NCBI GenBank assembly: GCA_030704615.1
Contig: CM060734.1
Coordinates: 32,860,001-32,924,000 of the forward strand
Reading direction: 5' to 3'
DNA length: 64,000 nucleotides
Source: Takakia lepidozioides
Taxonomy: Eukaryota; Plantae; Bryophyta
Shown piece by piece: positions 21,287 through 32,595 of this stretch (the stretch's first letter is position 1; each line of letters begins with the position of its first letter). A program made the position numbers and the translations under genes. Below the pieces are notes generated by a model. It saw only the letters and a program-made list of their open reading frames with translations, was not told the origin of the DNA and did not search any database.

Positions 21287-24200
21287 AAAGTTAAGAAGAT
21301 CGTGAGCAGCAACATATCGGCAGCGGGGTCCATTAGATACCCCTGGAGGAATCGAGGACTAAGAGTTGGCGAGTCATTGCTTTCATGATGTTGCAGGCCT
21401 GATGCAGAACATGGTGAAGAGAGCTTGGCCAGTTGTGCCGTCGTAGCACATCCAACTCAGGAAATCCGTGATTGAACACTATTTGTTGTAGCTCCCTCTG
21501 GTTGGCAGAATCCGTAAAGGCGCGCATCTGTGTGAGCTGAATATTGTAGAACCAGTTTCTAGCGTAGGAAAGGTGATAAGAGAGACCTTTGTGAGCCTTG
21601 TGTGTGACTCTGGAGTACACTCGTCTCCACAGTTGGGAGCAATGAGGCTGCTGCTCAGTAATACATTCGTGAAGTAACAAATGTTGCAAAGGCTGATGAT
21701 AATGAAAAGCAAACCAATCTTCGGAGGCTGGAGAAGTGCTCATGACGGTGGGCAACATAGCATACTGTTGATGTAGAGGCCGATAGAACAAATTGCGCCC
21801 ACCATCATGACCAGAAAAATGCAACCCATAAAATCTGTGATTGAACTGGAGAGTGGAATATAGAGGGGAATATAGAGTGGAATTCATCGATAGTAAGCTC
21901 AAAAGCAGCGCAAAAACGAAGCGGTAGAGGGGATGTAAGAGCCTGAGATCCACGCGATAAAGACGCAGCATAACATCACTATGCGAAGAAACTCGATCCA
22001 TGGCGGCGGCCATAGCCAAGTAAGCAGAGAGGGCAAAATAGTGGGGGCGCTAAAAATAGGGCGAAAAGGAAGGGGGATAGGGGGAAAATAGCGGACCCCT
22101 AAAAATTAGTCATAGTTAGCAAGGTAGCTGAGAATCCAGCGGGGAGGTGGAGCGCCGCCCCACCTCGGCAAGCTTGTTGGAAAATATTAATCACAAAGAT
22201 GAAGTAAAAGCCCGTCTCTACCCGTTGCGGGTTCTAGATACGAAACATCCCGTCTATCTGGCGCCGAGGAACGAACAGGTGCCAACCCAAGTGTCTGCAA
22301 TGAAACCAAGGCATCAGAAGGATATTAACAATTCAAAATTCTTCGTCATTGGAGGCCAGCACATAATTATGGCTGCAAAGGTATAGTACATCAACATTTA
22401 CCTCGCGCGATCGCGCGTGCTTCTATATTCTTCTATGCTTCTATGAGAATCTTCTTTCGGATAATTCTTTGCGTTTCCTCATTATCATTCTCGCGCGATC
22501 GCGCGTGCTTCTACTAGATGATTATATCATATGCATCGACGACTTGTATCTAATAGATGCATAGCATGATAAGCAAGCACGCGCGACCGTGCGTGCTCCT
22601 TTCTAGTTAATATTGTCTTGCAAGCCTACAATTATATGTTGGACAGGGAGAGTGGTTATGTAGCTAGTCTCTTCACCTCTCCTACCATGAGGCATTTTCA
22701 CCCTTTAATACCACAAGATCAGCAAATGTGCACCCTGCGACCCCAGAGAGCTAACTTGTGTGCACATCTGAACCGGTTGCTGCTGTTGTTCTCATATGTA
22801 TCCGACTGCCCCATGTGAACTTCCATGGATCCATACTTCACTTTTATAAACGAAGCCACACAGCTTTAAACAACATATTGCAAACAACCTGTCTTTCCAT
22901 CTCAGTGGTAGGACAAATCTCTACTGGATTTTTCGATAACATTGTACACATGAGGCGTATTGTCTGCTGCCACAACATAGTCTTGAATTGATTGCCCGAT
23001 CTCCCAAAGCTATGTTGCAAGCTTGGCAAACATTGTTGTAGCCACTCTTCTTCAGTGAGATTTCCTGCACGAGAGCACGAGAGACACGGTCACATTGTTG
23101 TCGCAGGGTTAGGGTTCGCAGAGATCTGCATATAACAGCTTACAAAGAGCAATTGGAAAGCCCCAACCACCTATCAACACATGCTCGAAGGGCAATTTGT
23201 CTCCATCAAAAGATATCATATCTAAAGATGAGTACAACACGCTTTTTTTTTTGCTAGAAATAGTTTGAAGCAAGAAACCACGAGGAAAATCAAGACACCA
23301 AGAGTAGGACCAGATCTCTTCTTCGCATGTCGAGGATATATTGGTTGCAAGGTGGGCTTTACATCTGCAGCCTCAATATTTAAATCTCCACATTCTTTAT
23401 GATTGGAATCAGGTTTTCCAGATCTTTCCCTGCGGATGCAAAAATAGGGTTTTGAACATTGGCACTATCTTTATGTCACATGTGCATTGCATAAAAAAAC
23501 ACATGATTGTTGTCGGCTATGGCCTAATTGACTATTGGCACATTTGTCCTCTTTATAATCATTATACAACATGCCATACTTCTTCCTACAAACTTCTACT
23601 GTTTTGAAAAATCCTTCACATGAAAAATCCTTCACAGCTCGAAACTTGATCTATATGGAGCTTTATCCGAGTATCAACTCCTCGAGCAAAAGCAAAAATA
23701 CATTAAAACATCAAATTATTTTGTAGACCCCAATGAAGATAAAGTAAACTTCCTGAAGCACATGAAAGATGTCAACAAACATGATAGAAATTGACAAATT
23801 GATAAGACGTTAAATTAAAACGTAGAAAAAAAGTTTAATATCTTGCCTCTTAGCGTTTCTCACAAACTCCTCATTCATCTCTCTCCTCAAGCTGATCAAA
23901 GTCTTAATTTGTGCATCTGTTCAATTTGCTCCACGCTAAACCTCCAATTTTTTTTTCTCTCATTTGCTTTCTTTTTGGGCCTCGACTTACGAAGTGAGAT
24001 TCCAACCACCTCAGTGGTATCTCCTTCCAAGTCATAAGAAGGAGGAATTGGTGCAGGTCGTTTTGAGCCTCTTTTCTTGGGCTTAGGAAATTGAGAGATT
24101 TCGAACAGTTCAATAATATATGCTTCCATGTTATGGTTGAGAGGAATGGTTAGTGCCAGGTTCCAAATTGGGCACTCCCAAATGCCCCCCAAACAACCGA

Positions 24201-24664
24201 CCTCAAGAAGGAATCGCCCCTTAAAAACGCTAGGGGATGGTTCCATAGAGACCATCCCACCCGCCACCTCTTAATTTTGCGGCCCGTGACATACTAAATG
24301 ACAATTAATTCAGCTTTGGGATGAAATTATTAAAATTTCGTCCAATGTTTTTCCATCTTCGACTGTTCCTTTCAATACTGGACACTATCTTTAATATTAT
24401 GTGTGTCATTGATTTCTTTAACTGTAGACTAGTCTCACAAGCTTGTTTTCACGTCACGCAAGATTTTTTTCTCTCTCTGTTTTTTTCCCCCTCGCATTGT
24501 GCTCTCTCACAACCCTGATCATGGCCTTGTCAAGGCTTCAGATACATATAATTGTTTTATCATTATGGATTATTGTGATGCAAGCCATGAAAGATAATAT
24601 TATGCCAATGGAACTTTACAGTGGTGTTGCCAATACCCAGGTAGAATTGTCATTTGTACAATTC

Positions 24665-24767
24665 ATCGTAGCTACAGTGTGAGCGTAGCCTCGTGAGCCT
24701 GTGAGTTTCACTCACTAAGCGTGAGCTTGGGTTCACACTTGCTAAGCATGAGCGCATGGTATTGTTG
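24665..24767. mobile_element. Short relic of the MULE-like family terminus
   Basis: CATCGTAGCTACAGTGTGAGCGTAGCCTCGTGAGCC resembles the termini at 28895, 30073 and 40221. Confidence 0.35.
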
Positions 24768-26094
24768 TAGAGAAAAATGGTCTATACCCAAAGATATAGA
24801 TTTGAGGACCTATTACCGCGAAAAAAAAAATACCAGAATGATCAAAAAGTTTTGGAGAATATCGGCACGTGCAATTTGGAAAATGACACTTAGCAAATGA
24901 CACTCAGGACTTTTTCAAATAGGAAGACATTCCGAACACATCTGTTGTAGAAACAACAAACATGATGGGCTATAAGGAGACTGAGAAAAAAGTTGTAGAC
25001 AGGAAGACTCTCATTTTTTCCACTATCAGTACACACAAATATCAACAAAACACAACACTGCAGAAAGTAGTGTTACCATGATCGTCAACGATCTTGATTC
25101 CCAACACTGACACATATAGTTGGTTTTTTTTGTTTTTTTGTTTTTTTGGCCTTAGTTGCATGAGGCCAAATCCATGATTGTTGATGATCGAGGCAAGTAG
25201 AACGTATACAAGGCGGAAAAAAATAAAAATCAAATCAAATTTAATTTAATTTAATTTTAAAAATAAAAAATAAAAAATGTCGTACACCTAAGCATCGTGC
25301 CACAACATACATCGTTGTCCACCATATATTCTAAGTACACAATCTTAGAAAGCTATGTCATAATGATAATGAAAGTGAACATAATGGAAACACTTCACTC
25401 ATGAATCCACTCATAAATCCACTCAATCATATAAACTAAGTCAAACCAATGGCACCTTTGCTAAAGGAATCCACCCTACAAAGCCCTCACCACATTCCTT
25501 CTCAATACCTAGAGCTATGGAGGTGGGAGAGGCTCATGGAGGCTCAACTACAAGAAGATGAGCCCTCCTCAACACTCACAAGGGGAAAACCCATCCTCAT
25601 GTCCCAAGTGAGGTTTGACACCTCACTTGGCATATGAGACCAGATGCACACAAAATACAAATATAAATATCCAAAATATCTTAATTAACTCGAAGTAGGT
25701 AATTCTAGTTAACCATGACTAAAACCATGACAGCTGTCGTGCACCTAAGCATCGTGCCACAACATACATCGGTGTCCACCATACATTCTAAGCACACAAT
25801 CCTAGAAAGCTATGCCACAATCGCCCCCCTAGCTGATGATTAGATCCCTCTAACACCGGATAGCTGACAAGTATCCATCTCAATAAGATCATCGCTTGGT
25901 CTTCAATCGCACATGTCCCAATTTTCTAAAGTATACGGATCAAGAGGTCAGGTGCAACGAGAACCCCATCATTAATCGCTTGCTTGTAATCCATAATCTT
26001 CAATTGAGTATCCATGGCGTTGAGCTCCCACCAACTAGACCTTGGATCACTTGTCAACTCCACCATTGTCATGCCCACTACCTATGTCCAAGGC

Positions 26095-27270
26095 ATCGTG
26101 GACACAACCATTTTCCACTAGGAACCTCCTCAAGTGGCAGTGTCAAGCATCCCATGTGTCACCCCCTTGAGCATTTGTCACACACCAGCATTGGTTGCGG
26201 CACCACGAGCATGCCCACATAGCATGCAATGCAATCCTGCAGGTACCACTGCAAGGTTGAGATCTATCCTCCCATCCACATGTGGAAAGGTGACATGGCG
26301 CACATGGTCCTTCCATACCATCACATCTCGACCCTCCAGAATCAACACTCCTGAAGGCAACACCTCTCGGACCCTTAGGATCACACGTCCTGCTGTGACA
26401 TCCAAAGTCGTGGGCGCTATCTGCTGCAGATACACATAGTCCCCAGGGTGGAAACGCCGAACACCTGGCCGATATCCCCCTCCACATATAGTGGCGTACT
26501 TCAATGTGTCTCGGTGTTGGGCAATAGCAAGATTATCAAAAGCCATAGACATGACTCTCTTGAACAACTCTATCCGTTGGGCGCATGCTTGTGTCCACAC
26601 ATCCGGATCATCAAGATTGAGGACTACTGCAATCTCTCTACGAATAGATGCAGGCAAATCTGGCTCTCGGCCAAACGAAAGGAAATAAGGCGAGAACGAG
26701 GCAAGTGATGCTTGCTTGCTAAACCTGTAGCCCATGGCCAACCAAGGTAACTGAAGGTCCCAATCTCCCAAGTGTCCCTTCTGCAAGCCATACTTGCGCA
26801 AGCCTCGCTTGACCGTTTGTACAACCCTCTCTGCCAGGCCATCAGCCTTGGGATGATTCCGAGAAGTAGTACGGCGGTCTATCAAGGCTTGCTCACACAA
26901 AGTCTGAAACTCCCCCAAGAATTCTCTCCCCTGGTCCGTGAGTACCTCGGCTGGAGCACCAAATTGGCTAAGCACTCGATCTAAGAATGCATACGCAGCC
27001 CCCTCACTTGCCTTGTCAGGCAATGCCACCAGTTCAATCCACTTGGAGAAATGTTCCACCATCACCAGCACATACTTGTTATGGCGAATCGTTAGTGGCA
27101 CTGGGCCTGCAAAGTCAAGACTCCAACGATAGCCCAAACCCATAATGGGTAAATGATGCAATTGTGGAGTAGGTGCATTGAAAGAAACCCATACTCTATC
27201 ACACTCCATGCACCTTGCCACTAACTGTTGCACATCCGTATGCATGCCTTGCCACTAGTATTGTCATTGT
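26095..27270 (-). pseudogene. Ty3 DDE integrase with C-terminal PHD finger (element 1)
   Basis: D,D,E triad WSLDFAGP / VLTDQGREF / GLAERVV, upstream CMEC, and a frameshifted PHD CMLC...VCDKC...WHMGC...WLCPRC. Confidence 0.88.
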
Positions 27271-27359
27271 AAGAAGTTGGATGAGGCACAATCCTCACTC
27301 GTGCATCCTCCTATACTTGGAGTAGGTGAGTTCTCTTCCACTTGAACCTCTTGGCTCGT

Positions 27360-28060
27360 TGTAGGAACCGCCATTGGAACAAACAATCCTTCCCATGTTG
27401 GTCAATCCCCCAGAATGCCGTCTTTTGCTTGTCAACATCTTTGATTGGCAACCAGTGGTAACCGGATCGCAAGTCCAATGTGCTAAACACTTTTGCATGC
27501 CCAATGGCATCAAAGATCTCCTCTGGAGTTGGCATGGATATCGGACTTAGTCTGATAATTCACAAGACGATAGTCCCCACACATCCTTCTTTCTGTCCAA
27601 TTGCCATAGATATCTTTCTTAGCTGGCATCACCGTTGCCAAGGCATACTCCCCGCCTGACAACTCCACCAATCTAGCTTCGAACAGCTCCATAGTCCGTG
27701 ACTGGATCAATGATCTTTCCATGTCACTATACCGGTAGGCCTTCGAAAAATTGGCGTGTCATTTGCCAAATCAATACGAATCTCTTGGCCCTTCAAACTC
27801 CCCAAATCCTTCAAACCGAAGGCAAAGCAATTTCTATAAGCTTTTAGAAATTGTTGGATCATCCGTCCTCTCCTACGGTGATTGTACGTCCAACATTTGG
27901 TTCCTAGTTGTCCTCAGTGACTGCAACCTTGGGTACACCAGGCTTGGAGATAGGAGACGCATCCTTTGGTTGCTAGATAGCAACCTCTTGGGCCTTATCC
28001 GCCCACCCTGACCGTGGCATAGCCTCCACTTGCTCTGCCATAGCCACCTTGAGAACATCC
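27360..28060 (-). pseudogene. Ty3 reverse transcriptase N-terminal fragment
   Basis: IRIDLANDTPIFRRP, RRMCGDYRLVN, MPTPEEIFDAIGHAKVFSTLDLRSGYH, KTAFW. Confidence 0.85.
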
Positions 28061-28894
28061 TCTAGGAAGAAACATTCTCAACCTCTTCAAAAGAGATATT
28101 CTTGAGGGCTCCTGGAGAGTTATTTGAGAGACCCTTGAAAGGTAGTCTTGTCTATTGTTCAAGCAAGAGAGTGTGGAGATAGGGTAGTGGGATGAGGGCG
28201 TGCTGGGATTAGAAATTGCTTTAGTCTCTCTTCCTTGTAGTCTTTCACCCTCTCTGTAGGCCAAAACCTTTCCGTAGGTGGAGGCAAGAGTCAGTCCAGG
28301 TTTGGGCTGGGGTATTGCAGGAGCGACACTGTGGAGTGTTTTTGGTGTGGGGGAGTTGCTGTCTTGATTTTCTTGTGTTTGGATCCCCTCCGCACCTGCA
28401 TGCTTGACTGTGCGCCATGTTAGCTTTATGTGGGCGCTTGTGTTTCATCGGAGGTTGGTCCGGATTTGATCACCGGTCAATCCTAGAGCGTGTTGTCGGT
28501 GGTAAGGCTGGGGTGATGACCAGTCAGACCATCATTGTTTCTCTTATGGTGAGGCTGGGTTGATGACCAGCAAACCATATGAGTGTTTGCGGTGGATGTA
28601 GGTGCAGGTTTATGTTATGAACCTAGTAGTCTAAGCCATAAGCCGCAACATGTTCTCTATCCGGTTACCTTGTGGAAAGGGGGATTAGAGACAGGTTTAA
28701 AACAGGTGTGGTTGTGAGTTTTCATCACGGAGGTGCCACTAGTTACTGAGGAGAGTGTCGGTATAAGCACTAGCAATACTAGTGGGTATACAAGATGAGG
28801 TGTGCGGTTTAGGCCACCTTCACCTTCAGTGTCTTCTGAGGAAGGTTCAGACTCAGAGTTAGGAGGATTTTCGCCGAGGGTGCAAGCCATTTCC

Positions 28895-30073
28895 CAACGA
28901 CGCTACCGTGTGAGCTTGGCGTGTGAGCGTACGCTCGCACAATGGTGATGTGGCGTGAGCCTACGCTCACAGCGCTGACGTGGCGCTGGTGCTGATGTGG
29001 CGTGAGCCCACCCAAGGTTGTGCCACGTCATCACAAAGATGGTGGGCCTATAACCGTGGAGCCTATAATTGTGGGATTTCACCATCTGAAGGTGAGATGG
29101 GTTAAGGGTTTAGGGCATCCGCAGAGATCAACCTTATGTTAATACGAGGTTGATTTCCGAGTTCATGTTCATTTGAATGTGACTTGATATGTTCGCAAAT
29201 GAACAAATGAGTTTGAGGAACGAATGCAACAAATGGTAGACGCACGATTGATGACGTGATATACACCGACAGACATACGACTTCATTTTATTTTTTATTT
29301 TTTATTTCTCCCTGGGGGTGATGCAAATCAACCTTGCGTTGACGCAACCTTCATTTGAGAAATGAAAGCATTATTTTTTGATTTTTTGATTTTTTATTTT
29401 TATTTTTTTTCCCTCCCTGGGGGGGTGATGCAAATCAACATTGCGTTGACGCAACCTTGATTTGAGAAATGAAAGTGTTTTTTTTTTTTTTTTTTTTTTG
29501 GAGGGTGATGCAAATCACCTTGCGTTGACGCAACTTTGATCTGAGAAATGAAAGCATTCTTTTTTTAGGACTGTTTTTTGCATTTTGTATGGTTGTTGGC
29601 CATGTTGTTCTTCGTTTCGTGTCTTGCATTGCAAGTCTTGCCAACCTGTTCTGCACCATGTTTTTTCATAAACCGCAAAGACGCTTTAGGGATTTCCTGG
29701 TGTTTGTCTGGAGAACGTCTATAAATGAAAAGTGGATGTGAATTGGGGGGACGAAACCTCGTTAGAACAAACTCATTCTCCTTCGTGTTCATTACGCAAC
29801 ATGACATTGTACTTTCTGAAATATCATGTGCCCGTGGACAAAAATCATCCACAAACCACCCGTGATTTCTCATCCGACTAAGATTTGGATGAGGGATGAG
29901 ACTTCTCGGAAATTAATGTTGGCAAATCTGGGGCGTGGTAGTCGCCTACAGTTCCGCAGAAATAGGTGGCATCCGCGGAATTAGGTCCTGCACGTGGGAA
30001 ACCTTGTTGACGTGGCGTGAGCCGGGCTGGGCTTACAGGCTCACGCGGCTAGGCTCACGCGCAAGCATTCCCC
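28895..30073. mobile_element. Non-autonomous MULE-like element (1179 bp) inserted near the start of element 1 gag
   Basis: 9-bp TSD GCCATTTCC at 28886-28894 and 30074-30082. It is absent from the homologous site in element 2 (~37315). Its left end CAACGACGCTACCG matches 40221, and it has degenerate GTGAGC-rich TIRs. Confidence 0.8.
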
Positions 30074-30099
30074 GCCATTTCCATGCCATTGTTATGGGA

Positions 30100-32595
30100 T
30101 ACGATGGAGGAAATGTATGGAGCTACCAAGGGGCCACGTCGGTACTCTGGAGCTGTAGGCACCATCGAGCTTGATGATTTTATATAGGAGTTTGATAGTT
30201 GGTGTGATTTGCAGCAGATACGCAATCCACAACTGTTTACATATTTTATGGCATGGAAGGGGCTATTTCAGCACCTTGAGGGGCCGCCCATGGATGACTA
30301 CCATGAGTTTAGGCGGGGACATGAGGTGGAGATTGAGGAATGGGGGGTGTATTGGTCACCTGACTATGTCTCCATCACTAGAGGCACAAGGGCAGTGGTG
30401 ATACCGGCAGCTACACCGGCAGCTGCTGCAAGCAGCAGTGGGATGTCAAGTGGAACAGGAGCTGGGAAGTCCACCCAAGCTCCTGCTGCAGCACCAACAC
30501 CCGTGTCTGCCTTTAATCCAGTTGTGGAGTTCTTCGAGGAGTTAAGGAGAAACTACCAGGGATAAAGACGGAAAAATTGCGAAGCTTGCAAGAGTTCCAA
30601 TGAAAGCCTACCGAGAGTTTAAGGGAGGCTTACACGTGCATGAGGCGATTGATAAATGTAACCCAAGGGGTTACGGAAGCTCAAGCAGTCTAATTCTGGT
30701 ATGGGATATTGGACAAAGAGTTGAGGAGAAGGGTGTGGGATGCAACTCTCCTACAAGTACCCACCTTAGCAAACGTGTTTTTGCTGGCAGAGCGGATAGA
30801 GCTCAATATGATGGAGGAACGAGTGGTCATGGTGGGGTTTGATAAGGAGACACAATGAAATGGGGCTCCTAGCCAACAACAACCATTACCCCCAACGTGC
30901 TCAAGGCAATAAATGGGCTCAGGCGAAGCCAAGGGAAAGACAAAGATGATTTCAATTGCAGATGTCACTTCCTTCATTCTCAGGCCAACAACAGTCAGAA
31001 GTGACATGTTGGGATTGTGGAGGACCCCATGTTAAGAGAGATTGCCCGCGGAGAGGCAAAAGGCCGGCAGAGGCACAGCCTACATAACCACAGTGTAGGC
31101 ATTGTGGCAAGTATGGGCATGAAGAGATCCATTGTTATGACTTGCAACCTGAGCTACGGCCAGGCCAGTTCCAAGGGAACAATGGTGGCCGAGGACGAGG
31201 CAATGTATTCCAGAGAGGTAGAAGAGGCAGAGGTCGTGGTGGAGGTCGTAAGCAAAACCAAGGAGCACAAGGTCAGGGTCAAGGTCATGACCAAGGCATG
31301 GTGGATAGGCTTGCCTAGCTAGAGCAACGTCTTGCTACCATGGCCACTACTCATGTTGCGTCAGCTCCAAGGCCTGAAGTTCAAGCCCCACCTATACAAC
31401 CTTTTAAGACCAGATTGGTATGGGCTTCATGTGTGGAGCCGCACTTGCAGGACCATTGCATGTGCACTCTGCAGCTGCTGTCACTCGAGCAGCAACGCGT
31501 GCTCCTGAGCCAAGAGGAACGGATGTGGATTTTGATCCACAAAGAGAGGAAGCAAGTTGACAGACAAGGCTTCCACAGTCTTTCACATTGGCTGAGACAA
31601 TGCCAACTATGCCATTGATGGCACCCGCTCGTCCAAGTGTATCAGAGGTAGAGCCACGAGTGCCATTGGGGAAAGTTGGTATGGCTTGGGAAATGTCAGT
31701 GGGTGGTTCTGCAAAGCAAAGTGCAGCCAGTACATTGTTGGGGGCGGCTATGGCAATTTGCCAAGCTCCATTGTTTTCTGCCACGACAATTGCAATGCCG
31801 GGGATGCGGCCAGCTGCAGTGTTTACACTGGCAGCTGCACTCTATGAGAGTGGTGATGCATTGGCACTATCTGCAGGGATATCGGATGAGGTGCAGTGCA
31901 TGGATGCCTTGGATTCAAGGGTGAAGACAGCCACAGCTGCGCCATGGCAAGTGGCAGTTGCAAGGTTGCAAGAGTTGCCAGCTAGACCAGTCATTGAGCG
32001 TAGTATGGTGACTATTGGGGTGGTCCTGGTGGACAATCAGGATGGTACGATTTCAGTTGGGTGGTCCATCCGGAAGGAGGTATAGGCCACTGCAGGTCTT
32101 GTTGGACTCGGGAGCACATCCACTGATGTTGGGGAGAGCAACAATTGCAGGCTTGGGCCTTACAGAGGCGGACTTGAAGCCTTGCCCTTTCCAAATTCAA
32201 ACATCTTTGGGTGGTTCAGAGAAGGCGCGAGGGATAACATGCCATGAGCTCTTTATTCGATTGCAGCCAGATCATCCTATAGATGGCTCTGTCATGAGAG
32301 CTAAAGCCATTGTTACGGACGCAATGTCTTATGATGTGCCTGTTGGTGGGGCTGTGTTGTACCCGATGGGCTTTACTTTGGACTTTTGGGAGGAAATGAC
32401 ATCCTACAGGCCGGAATGGCAGTCAGGGGATGATCGACGTGCAATGCTCCCAGTGCGGTTTATTGGGAATGTAGTGGTGGATCATAGGAACATATTGGCT
32501 GCATTCTCAGGGATGGTGGCTTGGGGTGTTGAGCTCTTGGAGGGCAATAGCCATGCAGATGATAGGCCACCACCTTATGAGAACAGACAATTGGC
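30100..32595 (+). pseudogene. Ty3 gag, zinc knuckles and aspartic protease of element 1 (inverted relative to RT/IN)
   Basis: Homologous to 37330-39998. AWKGLFQHLEGPPMDDYHEF in gag and the protease motif VLLDSGA in ORF 32015-32716, with several stops and frameshifts. Confidence 0.85.

Larger units (their letters stand above)
7741..22182 (-). mobile_element. TSD-bounded 14.4-kb non-LTR retrotransposon of Dualen/RandI type (APE + RT + RNase H + CCHC + RLE), decayed
   Basis: An 11-bp TSD AATATTAATCA sits at 7730-7740 and 22183-22193. All domains are on the - strand, in the order APE, RT, chromodomain, MTase-like, RNase H, zinc finger, PD-(D/E)xK endonuclease. Confidence 0.88.
6907..22380 (+). 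pseudogene. Degenerate ParB/sulfiredoxin-like-domain ORF split by the LINE (parts ~6907-7740 and 22194-22380)
   Basis: Removing 7741-22193 restores the frame ...IDISRMELIPRSMVYHPLNINH|KDEVKARLYP...FFVIGGQHIIMAAK, followed by a GT donor. The IGGQH motif resembles the ParB IDGxHR motif. Confidence 0.5.

Noticed and set aside
16410-22019. Josephin-like cysteine protease reported in algal Dualen elements
   Set aside because: No recognisable catalytic motif was found by eye.
22620-24300. Possible degenerate coding exons on the - strand (e.g. ORF 23896-24267)
   Set aside because: Multiple stops and no recognisable family.
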